From Octopus vulgaris (Eukaryota), in assembly GCA_951406725.2 (NCBI GenBank), contig OX597824.1, positions 89,900,001 through 89,964,000 of the forward strand: a stretch of 64,000 bases of DNA. The letters are read 5' to 3'. Positions 38,949 to 52,007 of the stretch are shown in pieces (position 1 is the first letter of the stretch; the number at the start of each line of letters is the position of its first letter). A program made the translations under genes and the position numbers. The notes below the pieces were generated by a model, which saw nothing but the letters and a program-made list of their open reading frames with translations, made no database searches and was not told the DNA's origin.

Positions 38949-39390
38949 TTGTGTAAGGAAGGGATGACCCGTGGCATATCTTATTCCGGAACGGAACTGA
39001 ACAGCGTTTAACTCATTTAGTCCGGCGCTCAGTTGCCTCGCCCTCAATGACAAGACAAACATTGAATATCAATGGCTGTGTGTTTAATCAATAATGCATC
39101 TTGACAGGTTTTTATGAGAAAGAGAGACGGAGAGAGAGAGAGAGAGAGACGTTAATGTCAGGATCGTCTTCTTTCACGATTAAGTATCGTATCTTCACTT
39201 CCATACAACGTCTTAACCACGTTTTCACACGAGCGCACACACTCACACACACAAACGCACACACAAACAAACACACACACACAGATATATGTATATATGA
39301 TACACACACACACACAAACGTATGTGTGAGTTTGTATATACAAAGGTTTGGTGATGCAAACAGGAAAAAGAGAATTTAAAACTTCAAAGC

Positions 39391-39432
<42 letters not shown>

Positions 39433-39585
39433 TTAGAGATAAAACCACTATTAGGCAAATCAAACAGTGAAAGACAAACCAAAACATAAAAATAAATATA
39501 ATTAACATAATATACAAAATATATAAAATATAAAATTAAAAATTTTAATTATTTAGATTTATATACATATATACAAACACATACA

Positions 39586-40010
39586 TAGAATGCAGAGAGT
39601 TCTGAGGTCCAAATTTTCTTTTTTCGGCTGTAATATTTTTTAGTGACACGTGTTTTGTTACAGGTGCCATTGTAAGATATATTTTCATCCACCCCTAGAT
39701 ATCTATAACATTCCTCGTCAGGTACAGGGGAAACAGTCAAATCATTGATGGAGATGTTACTGGTCTGGTTTATAGTTTTCGCCCTTTTCACAACCATATA
39801 ACAACATTTATCCTGACCAAACTCCAACCCTACATCCTTTGAGAATGTTGTAACTAGGCCAAGACTCTTTTTCATCTCATGCATATTCTTTGCATAAAGT
39901 TTCAAGTCATCCACAAAGAAACAGTGTGGAATTTTGGTATTTCTCTTTCCTTGTAGACCAGTAAGATATTCTTCAGAGTTCCTTAACATGAATGACAAGG
40001 GCTTACAGAA
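39586..40010 (-). mobile_element. Dong/R4-clade LINE RT fragment
   Basis: HCFFVDDLKLYAK...TFSKDVGLEFGQDKC...YRYLGVDE; abuts the mariner insertion. Confidence 0.85.
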
Positions 40011-40014
40011 AGTA

Positions 40015-40581
40015 TTGGGTTGTCCGGAAAGTTCGTGCCGATTTATAGTAGCTTACCTTTCGACTTATTTTAGAACGTAGTTGAGACCGTTAAATAGGAT
40101 TAGACTACACCTCCATTTAGAGCACAGTTTAAGCTATCTTTTCGTGGAAGAAGGTTTATGTTCCTATAACCTGTGTTAATTTTGTAACCCTTTAAAATGG
40201 AAGATAAGAAAAGTTCATTTTCGGCACTTGATGCTTTGGGAACCAGACAAAAATTGCTGCAGCTCGGCTGGGATGTGCTACCCCACCCTCCATATTCACC
40301 AGATATTGCTCCTTCGGATTTCCACCTATTCAGTTCTCTGCAGAATAGTCTTAATGGTAAAAATTTCAATTCCTTGGACGACATAAATTGATACCTTGAT
40401 GAATTATTTGCCATGAAACCTCTTCAATTCTGGGAAGAGGGTATTTTCAAGTTAAAGGAAGGATGGAGACGAAATGTGCAACAAACTGGTTCATATTTGG
40501 TTGGTTAAAAATATAATGACAAGTATTTATTGACCTTTTTCTTTCCTTTAAAAATCGGCACGTACTTTCCGGACAACCCAA
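40015..40581 (+). mobile_element. Mariner internal-deletion derivative
   Basis: TIRs TTGGGTTGTCCGGAAAGTTCGTGCCGATTT / AAATCGGCACGTACTTTCCGGACAACCCAA, TA TSD; remnant LGWDVLPHPPYSPDIAPSDFHLF. Confidence 0.93.
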
Positions 40582-40873
40582 TATAAACATTACAGAGTGG
40601 CTGTCTCTTTGGAATATACCTTTGCGATACTGCATTCTATGTATATATGGTTTTTTTCTTTGAGCTTTATTTAAGTTCTTGGGAGCATTCCAGCCAGTTG
40701 CTATGAAAGAGACAAGACGTTTTGAGTTTAGAGATTCTTCGGGTGGAGGATCTTTGGAACGTATAACAAATACTTACTGTGACAATGCACGCATGCATGT
40801 ATGTATGTATGTATGTATGTATGTATGTATGTATGTATGTATGTATGTATGTATGTATGTATGTATGTATGTA

Positions 40874-40910
<37 letters not shown>

Positions 40911-40934
40911 GTGTATATGTATGTATGCATGTGT

Positions 40935-41505
40935 GTAAAGAAGGCTTCCTTAAGAGATGCTTGCATCTTTCCTGACACATGGGAGGGCATAGCTATTAAT
41001 CGTAGCAGGTGGAGAAGGATTGTGCACGAGGGGACAGCTACTTTTGAGAAATCTCGAGTTGCGCATGAGAAAGTAAGGAGGGATGTCAGGAAGGGTTCGC
41101 TGTTACACTTCCAGATGGGAAGGGTCATCTTAAGATGCTGACATGCAGTGTCTGTGCAAGACCCTGCCTCAGTAAAGCTGGACTCAAGAGTCATCTTCGT
41201 AGTCATAAAGCGAGACAGATGAGTGACAACCTGGCCAGTGGTGGTGGTGTAACACACCATACTAATCATATCTGTCGGGCATGTGGAAGAGAGTGTAATT
41301 CGGCAGGAGGACGTAAACGACATGCAAAGGTACATGAAGCCCAGTTACAACTACATCCTGCTATTACCAGTAAAGGTTTTAGTTGCCAATTCTGTACAAG
41401 ACATTGCAGATCTTTAGCTGGGCTAAAAAGTCACATTCGATCACAGCACCAATAACAGTTAAGTTTCGTGCAATGGCCATACTCGATAACGAGGGGGCAG
41501 CCATA
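40935..41505 (+). mobile_element. RTE-clade LINE 3' end with three C2H2-type zinc fingers
   Basis: KASLRDACI..DTWE..AINRSRWRRIVHEG..TFE then frameshift to three CX2CX12HX3-4H motifs, stop at 41455, short 3' UTR into (TATG)n. Confidence 0.8.
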
Positions 41506-41589
41506 ATGTATGTATGTATGTATGTATGTATGTATGTATGTGTATAAACCCATACATTTTTGAGTCTACGACACATATTGGTACTGACA

Positions 41590-41870
41590 TGCCTTTGGAT
41601 CATGTCAGTCGGGTGGAGAGGGTCGGTGAGATACTGTGCAAGCCTTCTTGGATCTAAAAGCTTAGGTTGTGCAATCGCCGACGAGGCGACTATCCAATGC
41701 TGGTCACGTAGGAGGTGGCGCAGCGAGCATGGAAGCTGCGGACGCGAACCCGGGTGAAACCGGCTGCTGGTGCAATAACCTTACGCACGGGCATTACTGG
41801 CATTTTGCACGAGCAATGGTCAGCGATAGTCTTCATCAGTCAAGAGTGGACAGCCATCATCATCATCAAT
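41590..41870 (+). mobile_element. Degenerate RTE-like 3' end
   Basis: GWRG...RRRWRSE remnant and GGACAGC(CAT)n tail. Confidence 0.35.
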
Positions 41871-41872
41871 AA

Positions 41873-41904
<32 letters not shown>

Positions 41905-42068
41905 ACATACACACACATGCACACACACATACACACACACATGCACTACACACACGGGCAGCGTTAAATTTTGTCCAAAAAGGTTTTATTAACCATTATG
42001 TACACGCTATCATTTTATGTTTTTATGTCATATGCTTCGAGAACCAATATTCCCCAAAACAAATAGAC

Positions 42069-42160
<92 letters not shown>

Positions 42161-42220
42161 GGACGGACGTACGGACGGACGGACAGACAGACAGATAGAC
42201 AGACAGGTAGATAGATAGAT

Positions 42221-43203
42221 AAGTTTCTTTATTGGCCACACAGGGCTGCACACAGATGGGACAAGTTACAAGGTAGAGCTTTTCTTTTTGGGGGATGAAA
42301 AAAAAAACAGAACAAAAAACAAAAGAAACAAAAAAAAGGTGGCGTAGGTTTTCGATCAAAAGGGATCGTAAAAGGGAAAAAAGAACAAAAAAAGAAAAGA
42401 AAAAAAGGAACAAAAGAAAAGAAAAATGAAAAAAGAAGAAAAAAGAGGAAAAAAAGAGGAAAAGGTAAAAAAACGATCAATAGGGATCGTGTATCACAGT
42501 GTCATGATGTATGGTGTAAAGGGGAAAGCAAGTAAGGTTTATCCGTGGGAAGAAAAGCCTACGAAAAAGACCACGGTAACCTTGGTCAATATTGTTATAT
42601 GTTACCACATTTGTTTGCAAGTGGGTAACCCTCTGTTTTCAATTTCTGGGTTCATAGGATTATGCTCAAGGTGGCTTCGTCATTCATACGTGCCATCCTT
42701 GCTACATTCACCCATCTTTTTTTAAAACATTCGCTAGACAAAACTTGCCTCTCTACTCTCACTTTCCTTTTCAAGTGGTACTTGAAGAAGTTGATGAGAG
42801 ATTGACCAGAGAGGAAAAGTGTTTGTCTCCAATCCTTTCAGACGCGTCCACCAGATACATTCTTTCACCATAGCCACAAGCATGATGAAAATAGCTCTTC
42901 CTTCCCGTTTGAAGGAAGGAGGCGTGACAATATTGACGATAGACTCAGCTGATAAACCGACTCGTTCCACACGTGACAGCAGTTGTTCGACATAAGCCCA
43001 CAGGTCGGAAATTGTTTGACACTGCACGAGTGCGTGCAGAACGGTTTCGTCGCTCTGACTGCATCTCGGGCAGGTCGGCCCCGTGTTTCTCGAGCCGTGT
43101 CTGTAGAGCTTATCCCGAACGGGTAACGCTTCTCGGTAGCACTGCCAGGCCAGGGATCTCTGGAAGTTGTCCATGGGCCCTGGCCCGAAAGTCGTCCCGA
43201 ACA
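42221..43203 (-). mobile_element. Tx1/L1-clade LINE, 5'-truncated, within (GATA)n
   Basis: [17 protein letters not shown]...[18 protein letters not shown]...LW (zf-RVT CCHC); pyrimidine-rich 3' UTR ending GTGGCCAATAAAGAAAC; (GATA)n on both flanks. Confidence 0.88.
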
Positions 43204-43209
43204 GGCGGG

Positions 43210-43643
<434 letters not shown>

Positions 43644-44048
43644 TTGCACAGTTTAAGTCTAGTTAAATGTAGGTGGCGAAAACCGCTTAGTTAGAACCAA
43701 TCAAAAGATTAATTATGAGGAGAGGAAGACGATTGGGACGCATAAGTGACACAGTTAAGAATATTTGATGCTCATTTAAAATTGAATATTTTCATCCCGC
43801 GAGAGTTTCCCAGTCCACAGATCTTTTATTCAGACTCACTGATTCGTTAATATCGCCGACTGAGGATCGAAAAATGTGGCACACGTTTTACCTCTCCGTT
43901 GTTTTGCGTGATTGCCAGTTGTGTAAACCGTTCTGTCAAGTTTCTGGAATTCTCGAAAGACAGCAACGGAATTACGTATACATGTTTCATTAATAGTTCT
44001 TTATTTTAAAAAAAAGGGGGTGGGTGGGTGGGGGAAACGATACGCATC

Positions 44049-44095
<47 letters not shown>

Positions 44096-44245
44096 GAGAA
44101 ATAAAATACATGAGATTATACACTTATTTTCCAGTCAGCAGAAAGTTATAAATATTGACTCAAGGGACAAGATTTTCGTACATGGAACTTAACGAAACTT
44201 TCTTAGTAAACTTCATTCATACATACATGTTATATATATACCTGC

Positions 44246-44625
<380 letters not shown>

Positions 44626-44834
44626 AGAAAAAGTGGGGCGATAATGGGGGAGCGATTCAGGTAAAAACCAAAATAATGGCTTCGTTAGGTTTAGTTTTAT
44701 TTGTGAAATACATTTGCTTTGAAGTTGCTTCAGAAAGAGGTCTATGTTTGTGATGGTTAGTTGGGGGTGAGGGCACTAGGAATGTGACCTGGGTGTCAAG
44801 GGGGTGGCAGCCCAAAAAAGTTTGGGACCCACTG
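44626..44834. mobile_element. hAT/Charlie-like MITE end fragment
   Basis: Terminates AAAAAAGTTTGGGACCCACTG, a Charlie-type TIR. Confidence 0.5.
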
Positions 44835-44949
44835 GTTTAAATATATATGAGCATGTCTAGATATGCAACTATATGCATGAGAATACATACATAAAACAAA
44901 ACATGCAAATATGTAGATACATACACACATACATACATACGTGCATATA

Positions 44950-45075
44950 TACAAACAAAAATACTCTGTTATTGATGTTGAAATTCCAATAAAGGAGCCT
45001 TGAATCTAGGTTAGAAACCGGCTCTTTCTCTATAGGCAAGAAATCTGGAAATAAACTGAACAATGCCAAACATAT
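44950..45075 (+). mobile_element. Degenerate Penelope-like terminal fragment
   Basis: CCAATAAAGGAGCCT...AGGTTAGAAACCGGC resembles a decayed hammerhead. Confidence 0.3.
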
Positions 45076-45794
45076 GTACGTACATTCGTGCATACATACT
45101 CACATACGTGTGTACGGACATACGCACAGCTGCCCAGCGGATGGAAAGGTACAATCAAAAGTTCAGGGAAAAAGAACATTTACGATGGACCTTAACAGCT
45201 CAAGTACCCTTAAAATAATTTCCCATTTGTACCTACCGTCATAGGTGCATTAGGTTATGTACCAACAAATTAGCACAAAAAACTAGAAAGGGCAAAAGAA
45301 ACTGGCGCAGATCCTCCAGATCTAATCTATTAAGTGGCACAGTGAAGATTTGTAAGACATTGCAAAAATTCTCCGTGAGATGCGTATGTGAATACATGCA
45401 CAGGCTCAGGTGTATGCATCGACAGTTCAACCAAACCACCAACTCAACCACACATTTACAAACAGCGGGAACTTTCTTAACTCAAAGAGTCTTGTCACCT
45501 TGTTAGCGACCGGCTTGAACCCTCTCAAGAAAAACTTAAATTAAACTTAAAGATAAATCTTTCACACACACACACGCACACACGCAGAAAGCATGCATGA
45601 GTATATGCGGTATTTTAGTTAAGTGGAGCAACGTGATTGATTTGCCTAAAATTTTTCACAAATAAAAAAAAATTAAATACCAATTTCTAATTAAAGATGT
45701 TTCAAAAATAAAGTATACAAAGTTAAAAGCAATTACTCAATATACGTCACAAAAGAAATACTTCCTCGTTTTTCAATATTAAAATACCAAAGTT

Positions 45795-46072
45795 GCGCCG
45801 AGGTCGACTTTACCTTTCATCCTTTCAGGGTCGATAAAATTAAGTTTCAGTTGCGTACTGGGGGTGATCTAATCGACTGGTCAATTCTCCCTAAATTTTG
45901 GACCGTGTACCTAGAGTAGAAAACAATATGAAGATACCAAAATTGCGCCGAAGTCGACTTCGCCTTTCATCCTTTCGGAGTTCATAAATTAGATACCAGT
46001 TGTGTACTGGGTCGACCTAATCGACAGGCCCATTCTTCAAAAATTTCGGGCCTTGTGCCTAAAGGAGAAAAG
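45795..46072 (+). mobile_element. Two tandem family B2 SINE 3' halves
   Basis: CGCCGA(G/A)GTCGACTT...GTG(T/C)ACCTA units at 45795 and 45945, both preceded by ATACCAAA. Confidence 0.8.
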
Positions 46073-46408
46073 GATGTTCAACGCGATTCCTTGCATATCT
46101 GGTTTCATGTCAGAGTGGCCGTCACCTTGTGACAAAAGCTGGGGAGTGCCTCATTCCCCATTGTATTCCGATACGCTGGACACCAAACCGGAATTTCTGT
46201 GGACTCGTGCGCTTGCAAGATATTCCTTGTTTTTCGGTCCTGCAGTGTGTTCCTAGCAATCATCCTCACTAGGCAAGCCTAGTGGGAGTGCTGGTTTTAA
46301 TCGCAGACGACCCGACCATTCAACAGGCTGTACTGGAATCCACGTTAACAGTGGCACTCATGAAAGACCTCACAAATAACCTAACGTACGTATACACACA
46401 CGCGCGCA

Positions 46409-46476
<68 letters not shown>

Positions 46477-46477
<1 letters not shown>

Positions 46478-46683
46478 GGGAAGCTTTATGAAAATAAACA
46501 AAAGACGAAGGCAGGTGGAGTACAAACAAACAATTGTATTAGTATGGCGCTCAGGAATATAAATAAAACAAGTCTTTTACGTTTCGAGCCTACGCTCTTC
46601 AACAGAAAGATACACAGAAAAGAAACACGGAAAGAAACAAGGAGAGAAAAAAATGCGTGCAGAAGCCAGCGATTCAACATGAC

Positions 46684-46686
<3 letters not shown>
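46477..46686 (-). mobile_element. Penelope-like terminal repeat between two (TA)n tracts
   Basis: Contains hammerhead motif; shares TCCTGAGCG...TAATAC with the 9864 and 48535 copies. Confidence 0.7.
46573..46610 (-). ncRNA. Minimal hammerhead-ribozyme-like motif
   Basis: rc: TCTTT-CTGTTGA-A-GAGC-GTAG-GCTC-GAAA-CG-TA-AAAGA; 5-bp stem I, GUA triplet, A6U core change. Confidence 0.55.
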
Positions 46687-46750
<64 letters not shown>

Positions 46751-46754
<4 letters not shown>

Positions 46755-47090
46755 GGTAAAGACCCCCTTCGGTCATGAATGACCATGGGATTGCACCTAG
46801 AAAGTTACCCTCCTAGACACAAGTCCGGGCAAGGTTGTTTATGGAAGACCAGCAGTCGCCCATGCATACCAGCCTCCCCTCTCCACGCCACCAGTGTTAT
46901 CCAAGGGAAAGACAAAGGTCGATACAGCTTGACACCAGTGACGTCGCAACTCATTTCTACAGCTGAGTGAACTGGAGCAACGTGAAATAAAGTGTTTTGC
47001 TCAAGAACACAACACGCAGCCCGGTCCGGGATTCGAGCTCACAACCTCACGATCGTAAGCTCGACGCTCTAACCACTGAGCCATGCGCCT
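46751..47090 (-). mobile_element. SINE family C, full length (tRNA-Arg(ACG)-like head)
   Basis: rc: GGCGCATGGCTCAGTGGTTAGAGCGTCGAGCTTACGATCGTGAGGTTGTGAGCTCGAATCCC... Confidence 0.85.
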
Positions 47091-47184
47091 ATATATATAT
47101 ATATATATATGCTATATTTGAGGATGGTCTTATTTTTGCCAATTAAACACACGCACTATATACTTGGTCTTCACTTCAGCTTTA

Positions 47185-47224
<40 letters not shown>

Positions 47225-47266
47225 TTAGTGCCCATAAAAATATGTATACGCACACACACACACATA

Positions 47267-48490
47267 CAGGGATTAGATAAAATAATGGAAACACCTTAAA
47301 AATTTCAAACAAATTCATTTTAATATGGGGTAGGACCGCCGTTGGCAGTACGAGGTATGGACTCGTACAAAGTTTGAATTGTTTCCAAAGGAATTTCTGT
47401 CCATTCTTCAGTAGTGATGATGGTGGAGGATAACGACGCTTTACTTGTTTTTCTAAAATGCACCATAAATGTTCAATAATATTGAAATCTAGGGACTGTG
47501 GTGGCCAGATAAGATGTTCAAATTCATTAGAATGTTCCTCGTGCCATTCAGTAACAACTTTACCTGTGTGAATTGGTGCATTATCATCCTGAAAGATTGC
47601 GTTTACCTCCGGAAACAGTTCCGCAAACATAAGATGAATTTGATCAGATAAAATGCTTAAATAGTCTTGACTATTAATTCTGCCATGAAGGAAAACCATT
47701 AGGCAGCGGATTTCCAAGATATAGCCCCCAGATCATCACAGATCTTCCTCCATGTTTAACAGCTGGAAGAAGGCAGTCTGGGTCAAATGCTTCTCTTGGC
47801 TGTTCCCACACGTATACTCGGCCGGTGGTCGGAAATAAGCTAAAGAATGACTCGTCCGAGAAAATAACATTCTTCCACTGCTCCAGGGACTAATTCTGTA
47901 GGGTTTTTTACTCCACTCTAAACGCTTTACAACGTTTGTTTTTGAAAGTAGTGGTTTTCTGACTGCAGCTCTTCCCTGAAATCCGGCTTTGTGCAGCTCC
48001 CGGCGAACAGTTTTTGTGGACACTGGGTTCTCGGGGTGGTCTTTAAGCTCAGCTGTAATTTTGGGAACTGTACTTTTGTGATCCTTTCTAACAATTCGTG
48101 TAAGAGTTCGACGGTCCCTATCTGAAAGTTTTGGTTTTCTTCCGGAGTTTTGTCTCGATGAAGAGGTTTTTCCCTCTTTCTAAAAGGCTGACATTACTTT
48201 TGAGACAGTAATTCTTGATACACCAAGCATTTCGACTGTTTTTGTTACGCTAGCGCCTGCCATCCGAGCACCAATTATTTGACCTCTTCGAAAGTCTGAT
48301 AGATCCGTCATTTTAATGAATTTCAATTATCTTTTTCTGATGATATCTGAAAAGAAACAGCAAGTTTAGCAAAACATATTAAGCAACACTAATAAGAAAT
48401 CAAAAACATAAAAATAAACAAACTTTTGACTGTTTTATAGATATATCGAAATTATGATGCTAGGTTTTCCATTATTTTGTCTAACCCCTC
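47267..48490 (-). mobile_element. Tc1-family DNA transposon, near complete, DD36E catalytic spacing
   Basis: TIRs CAGGGATTAGATAAAATAATGGAAACACCT / AGGTTTTCCATTATTTTGTCTAACCCCTC, TA flanks, about 1.22 kb. Confidence 0.92.
47320..48311 (-). pseudogene. Tc1 transposase (stops and frameshifts)
   Basis: MTDLSDFRRGQIIGARMAGASVTKT...SGRKPKL...RKPLLS...FSDES...FQDDNAPIH...WPPQSLDFNIIEHLW. Confidence 0.9.
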
Positions 48491-48534
48491 TACATATATG
48501 TGTATAAATATACTTATGCATATGTATATGTATA

Positions 48535-48748
48535 TGGGTAAATGTCACTGCGTGTGTACCGTACGCGATTTTTTTCCTCTGTCTTCCCTTCTCTGGATCT
48601 TTCCTTCTCCTATGTTTCCGACGAAGAGCTCCGCTCGAAACGTTAAACCCTCCTTCTTTCCTTCTTTCCTGAGCGTCCAATAATACTATATTTGTTCCAC
48701 GTCCTCGCGTTGTTGTGTTTTTTTTTGTGCTTTTTTGTTTGGATTAAC
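48535..48748 (+). mobile_element. Penelope-like terminal repeat, copy 2
   Basis: Homolog of 9864-10065; ends GGATTAAC(TA)n. Confidence 0.7.
48614..48648 (+). ncRNA. Minimal hammerhead-ribozyme-like motif
   Basis: GTTT-CCGACGA-A-GAGC-TCC-GCTC-GAAA-CG-TT-AAAC. Confidence 0.6.
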
Positions 48749-48780
<32 letters not shown>

Positions 48781-48884
48781 CATACACACATACATACATA
48801 GGTACATAAATACATACATACATATGGGTGCATATATACAGATTACATGCGTATACATGTAATCACACAATGCCAGATAGAATG

Positions 48885-48934
<50 letters not shown>

Positions 48935-49113
48935 TCATCAAGTGCCGTTTGCACAGACAGATAGACATATAAACACACACGCCACACATGTATGGCAAAT
49001 GACATTTCGTAGTCTCATCATCCACCACCTTCCCTCCATCTTCTACAGCCGAACCAGCCCCTCCCCCCACCTTTATTTCCTTCCTTGCTCTTCCTTGTCT
49101 TCTTCCTTACCAT

Positions 49114-49144
<31 letters not shown>

Positions 49145-49285
49145 TACTGTCTCTTCCTCTCCGTCGCCTATCTCTCGACGACAGGCACCACCCAGTTCCT
49201 CGGAATCACCACCGACTTATAATGCTAACCGACTTCTACCTACCTCAATTAGAAACACTTACAACAACAACAACTACTACTACTA

Positions 49286-49334
<49 letters not shown>

Positions 49335-49444
49335 TGCTACTGCTGCTGCTGCTGCTGCTGCTGCAAATCCTAGTACAGCTACTAACGCCATCGTCCCCCA
49401 CTACCGCCGCCTTCGCGGCTACCACCCTGATGATGCTTTGAAGA

Positions 49445-49466
49445 AGATGATGATGATGATGACGAC

Positions 49467-49519
<53 letters not shown>

Positions 49520-49520
49520 C

Positions 49521-49561
<41 letters not shown>

Positions 49562-49565
49562 CGAC

Positions 49566-49597
<32 letters not shown>

Positions 49598-49712
49598 CGA
49601 TGATGATGATGACGACGATGATGATGATGATGATGATGACGACGATGATGATGATGATGATGACGATGATGATGATGATGACGACGATGATGATGATGAT
49701 GATGATGATGTG
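49445..49712. repeat. (GAT)n with GAC interruptions
   Basis: Direct observation. Confidence 0.95.
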
Positions 49713-49862
49713 CTGATTATCAGCATCAGCATCACCATCAGCATCACCATCACATCATCACAGCATCGTCGCCATCATCGTCTTCGTCGGCAGTCATCGG
49801 GTTTACGCGGCTACAATTGCTTCGATAGCAACAGAGGCGCTAACGATTGCAACAAGTAGTGT

Positions 49863-49896
<34 letters not shown>

Positions 49897-49897
49897 T

Positions 49898-49961
<64 letters not shown>

Positions 49962-50052
49962 GTGGTGGTGGTGGTGGTGGTGGTGATGGCGATAGTGGTG
50001 GGAAGTGTATATACACACACGTGTGTGTATGTAGCTACACTTGAATGCACCT

Positions 50053-50105
<53 letters not shown>

Positions 50106-50205
50106 AGTATGTATGTATGTATGTATATATGTATGTGTATGTATGTATGTATGTATGTATGTATGTATGTATGTATGTGTGTATGTATGTATGTATGTAT
50201 GTATG

Positions 50206-50239
<34 letters not shown>

Positions 50240-50252
50240 TGTATGTGTATAT

Positions 50253-50412
50253 AGGTGCGGCTGTGTGGTAAGAAGCTCACTTCCCAACCGCATGGTTCCG
50301 GTTTCAGCTCCACCCTCGGGGCACCTTTGGCAAGTGTCTTCTACAATAGCCTCGAGCCGACAGAGGTTTTGTGAGTGGATTTGGTAGACGGAAACTGAAA
50401 GAAGCCTGTCGT
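50253..50412 (+). mobile_element. SINE family A, 5' half
   Basis: GGCTGTGTGGTAAG...GAAACTGAAAGAAGCC. Confidence 0.85.
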
Positions 50413-50538
50413 ATGCATTTACATATCTATATCATGGGCGGTGCGCTTTCGTGAAACACTATACCACGTATTGTTTCTCTTCCTTCTTGTTCGTCACGAA
50501 CAATGTACGCAACGACATGTGCGTGTACATATCTATCA

Positions 50539-50602
<64 letters not shown>

Positions 50603-50710
50603 GTCTATGCATGTATGTGTGCATGTATCTGTACATATATATATGTGTATATGTATGTATGTATATATGTATCTATGAAGGGAAATGTATGTACAATCAT
50701 ATATATATAT

Positions 50711-50860
50711 TCCGCTGAGGTCAACTTTGCCTTTCATCCTTTCGGGGTCGATAAATTAAGTACTGGTTACTCACTGGGGTCGATGTAATCGACATAATCC
50801 CTTTGTCTGTCCTTGTTTGTGTCCTCTATGTTTAGCCCCCCTGTGGGCAATAAAGAAATA
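50711..50860 (+). mobile_element. SINE family B1, 5'-truncated
   Basis: Core plus CTGTGGGCAATAAAGAAATA tail. Confidence 0.85.
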
Positions 50861-51458
50861 ATATATACATATATATATATATGGTTGTGCAGGTGCATAT
50901 ACGCATACATGCATCTCTTCCTTCCTAGATACTTATAAATGTACATACATACATACATTCATACACACACATATATATATGTACAAATATATGCACACAT
51001 ACACATACATACATACATACATACATGCATGCATACATACATACATGCATGCATAGATACATGCATGCATACATACATACATACATACATAAATACATAC
51101 ATACATACATAAATACATACATACATGCATGCATGCATGCATGCATACATACATACATACGTACATACATACATACGTACATACATAAATACATACGTAC
51201 ATACATACATACATAATACGTACATACATACACACATACATACATACGTACATACATACATACATACATACATACATACATACATACATACACACATACA
51301 TACATACATACATACATACACCGACTGTCTGTTGGGTCTCCCAACTTGAAGACGCCGTGACTTTGACAGAAGAATAACGCTTAAGCTATTCTCTGGGTAA
51401 TCGATGTCTCGATAATCATCTGTACAGACACACACGCGTACATACAGGCGATGCTATA

Positions 51459-51506
<48 letters not shown>

Positions 51507-52007
51507 ATTCGAACACACATACACACCCAACACTACACATACACATTGAACACTACACATCACTTTCGACAGACAATATGAGAGATTCTATAGCAGTCAT
51601 TCGACCTGCTAGAAATAGCAGCAAAATTTTCTGAAATATTCATTTGAATAAATCAGTGACGCAGGTGGAGAGTGTGCCGCCGGGGCAGCCCTTGAACTTA
51701 ACCCGTCTCCCCCTCACCACCACCACCACCACCACTACCACAATCAGTGCCTCGAATCTCCAAGAATATACATGCTTATACGGCAAACCGAATAGTGCCG
51801 CCACCATAAAAAAACTTCGCCCGGCGGCACACCGCCCGCCAGCTCCGCCAGCTCCGCCAGCTCCGCCAGCTCCGCCAGCTCCGCCATTGAAGTAAATGAA
51901 AGAACATATTGAGGAATTTAGTTCCTGATGCTTAAAAAAAAGTAGTGTCGTTGATCATAAGACTATTTCATTAGGGAAGACCTAGGGTTTAACAATAGAA
52001 GCAACAA

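Noticed and set aside
38153-38977. 274-aa ORF, the longest in the track
   Set aside because: Translation of the (TTC)n strand.
41135-41455. Host C2H2 zinc-finger gene
   Set aside because: Continuous with an RTE LINE C-terminus and 3' UTR; no TGEKP linkers or acceptor site.
43941-43960. Heat-shock element
   Set aside because: The two TTCnnGAA units are out of phase, so there is no continuous nGAAn array.
46085-46380. Possible RTE endonuclease N-terminus on the minus strand
   Set aside because: Too degenerate to translate into convincing motifs.
47020-47090. tRNA-Arg gene (and other tRNA-like heads)
   Set aside because: A/B boxes present but the sequence continues into a SINE body with no convincing acceptor stem or poly-T terminator.
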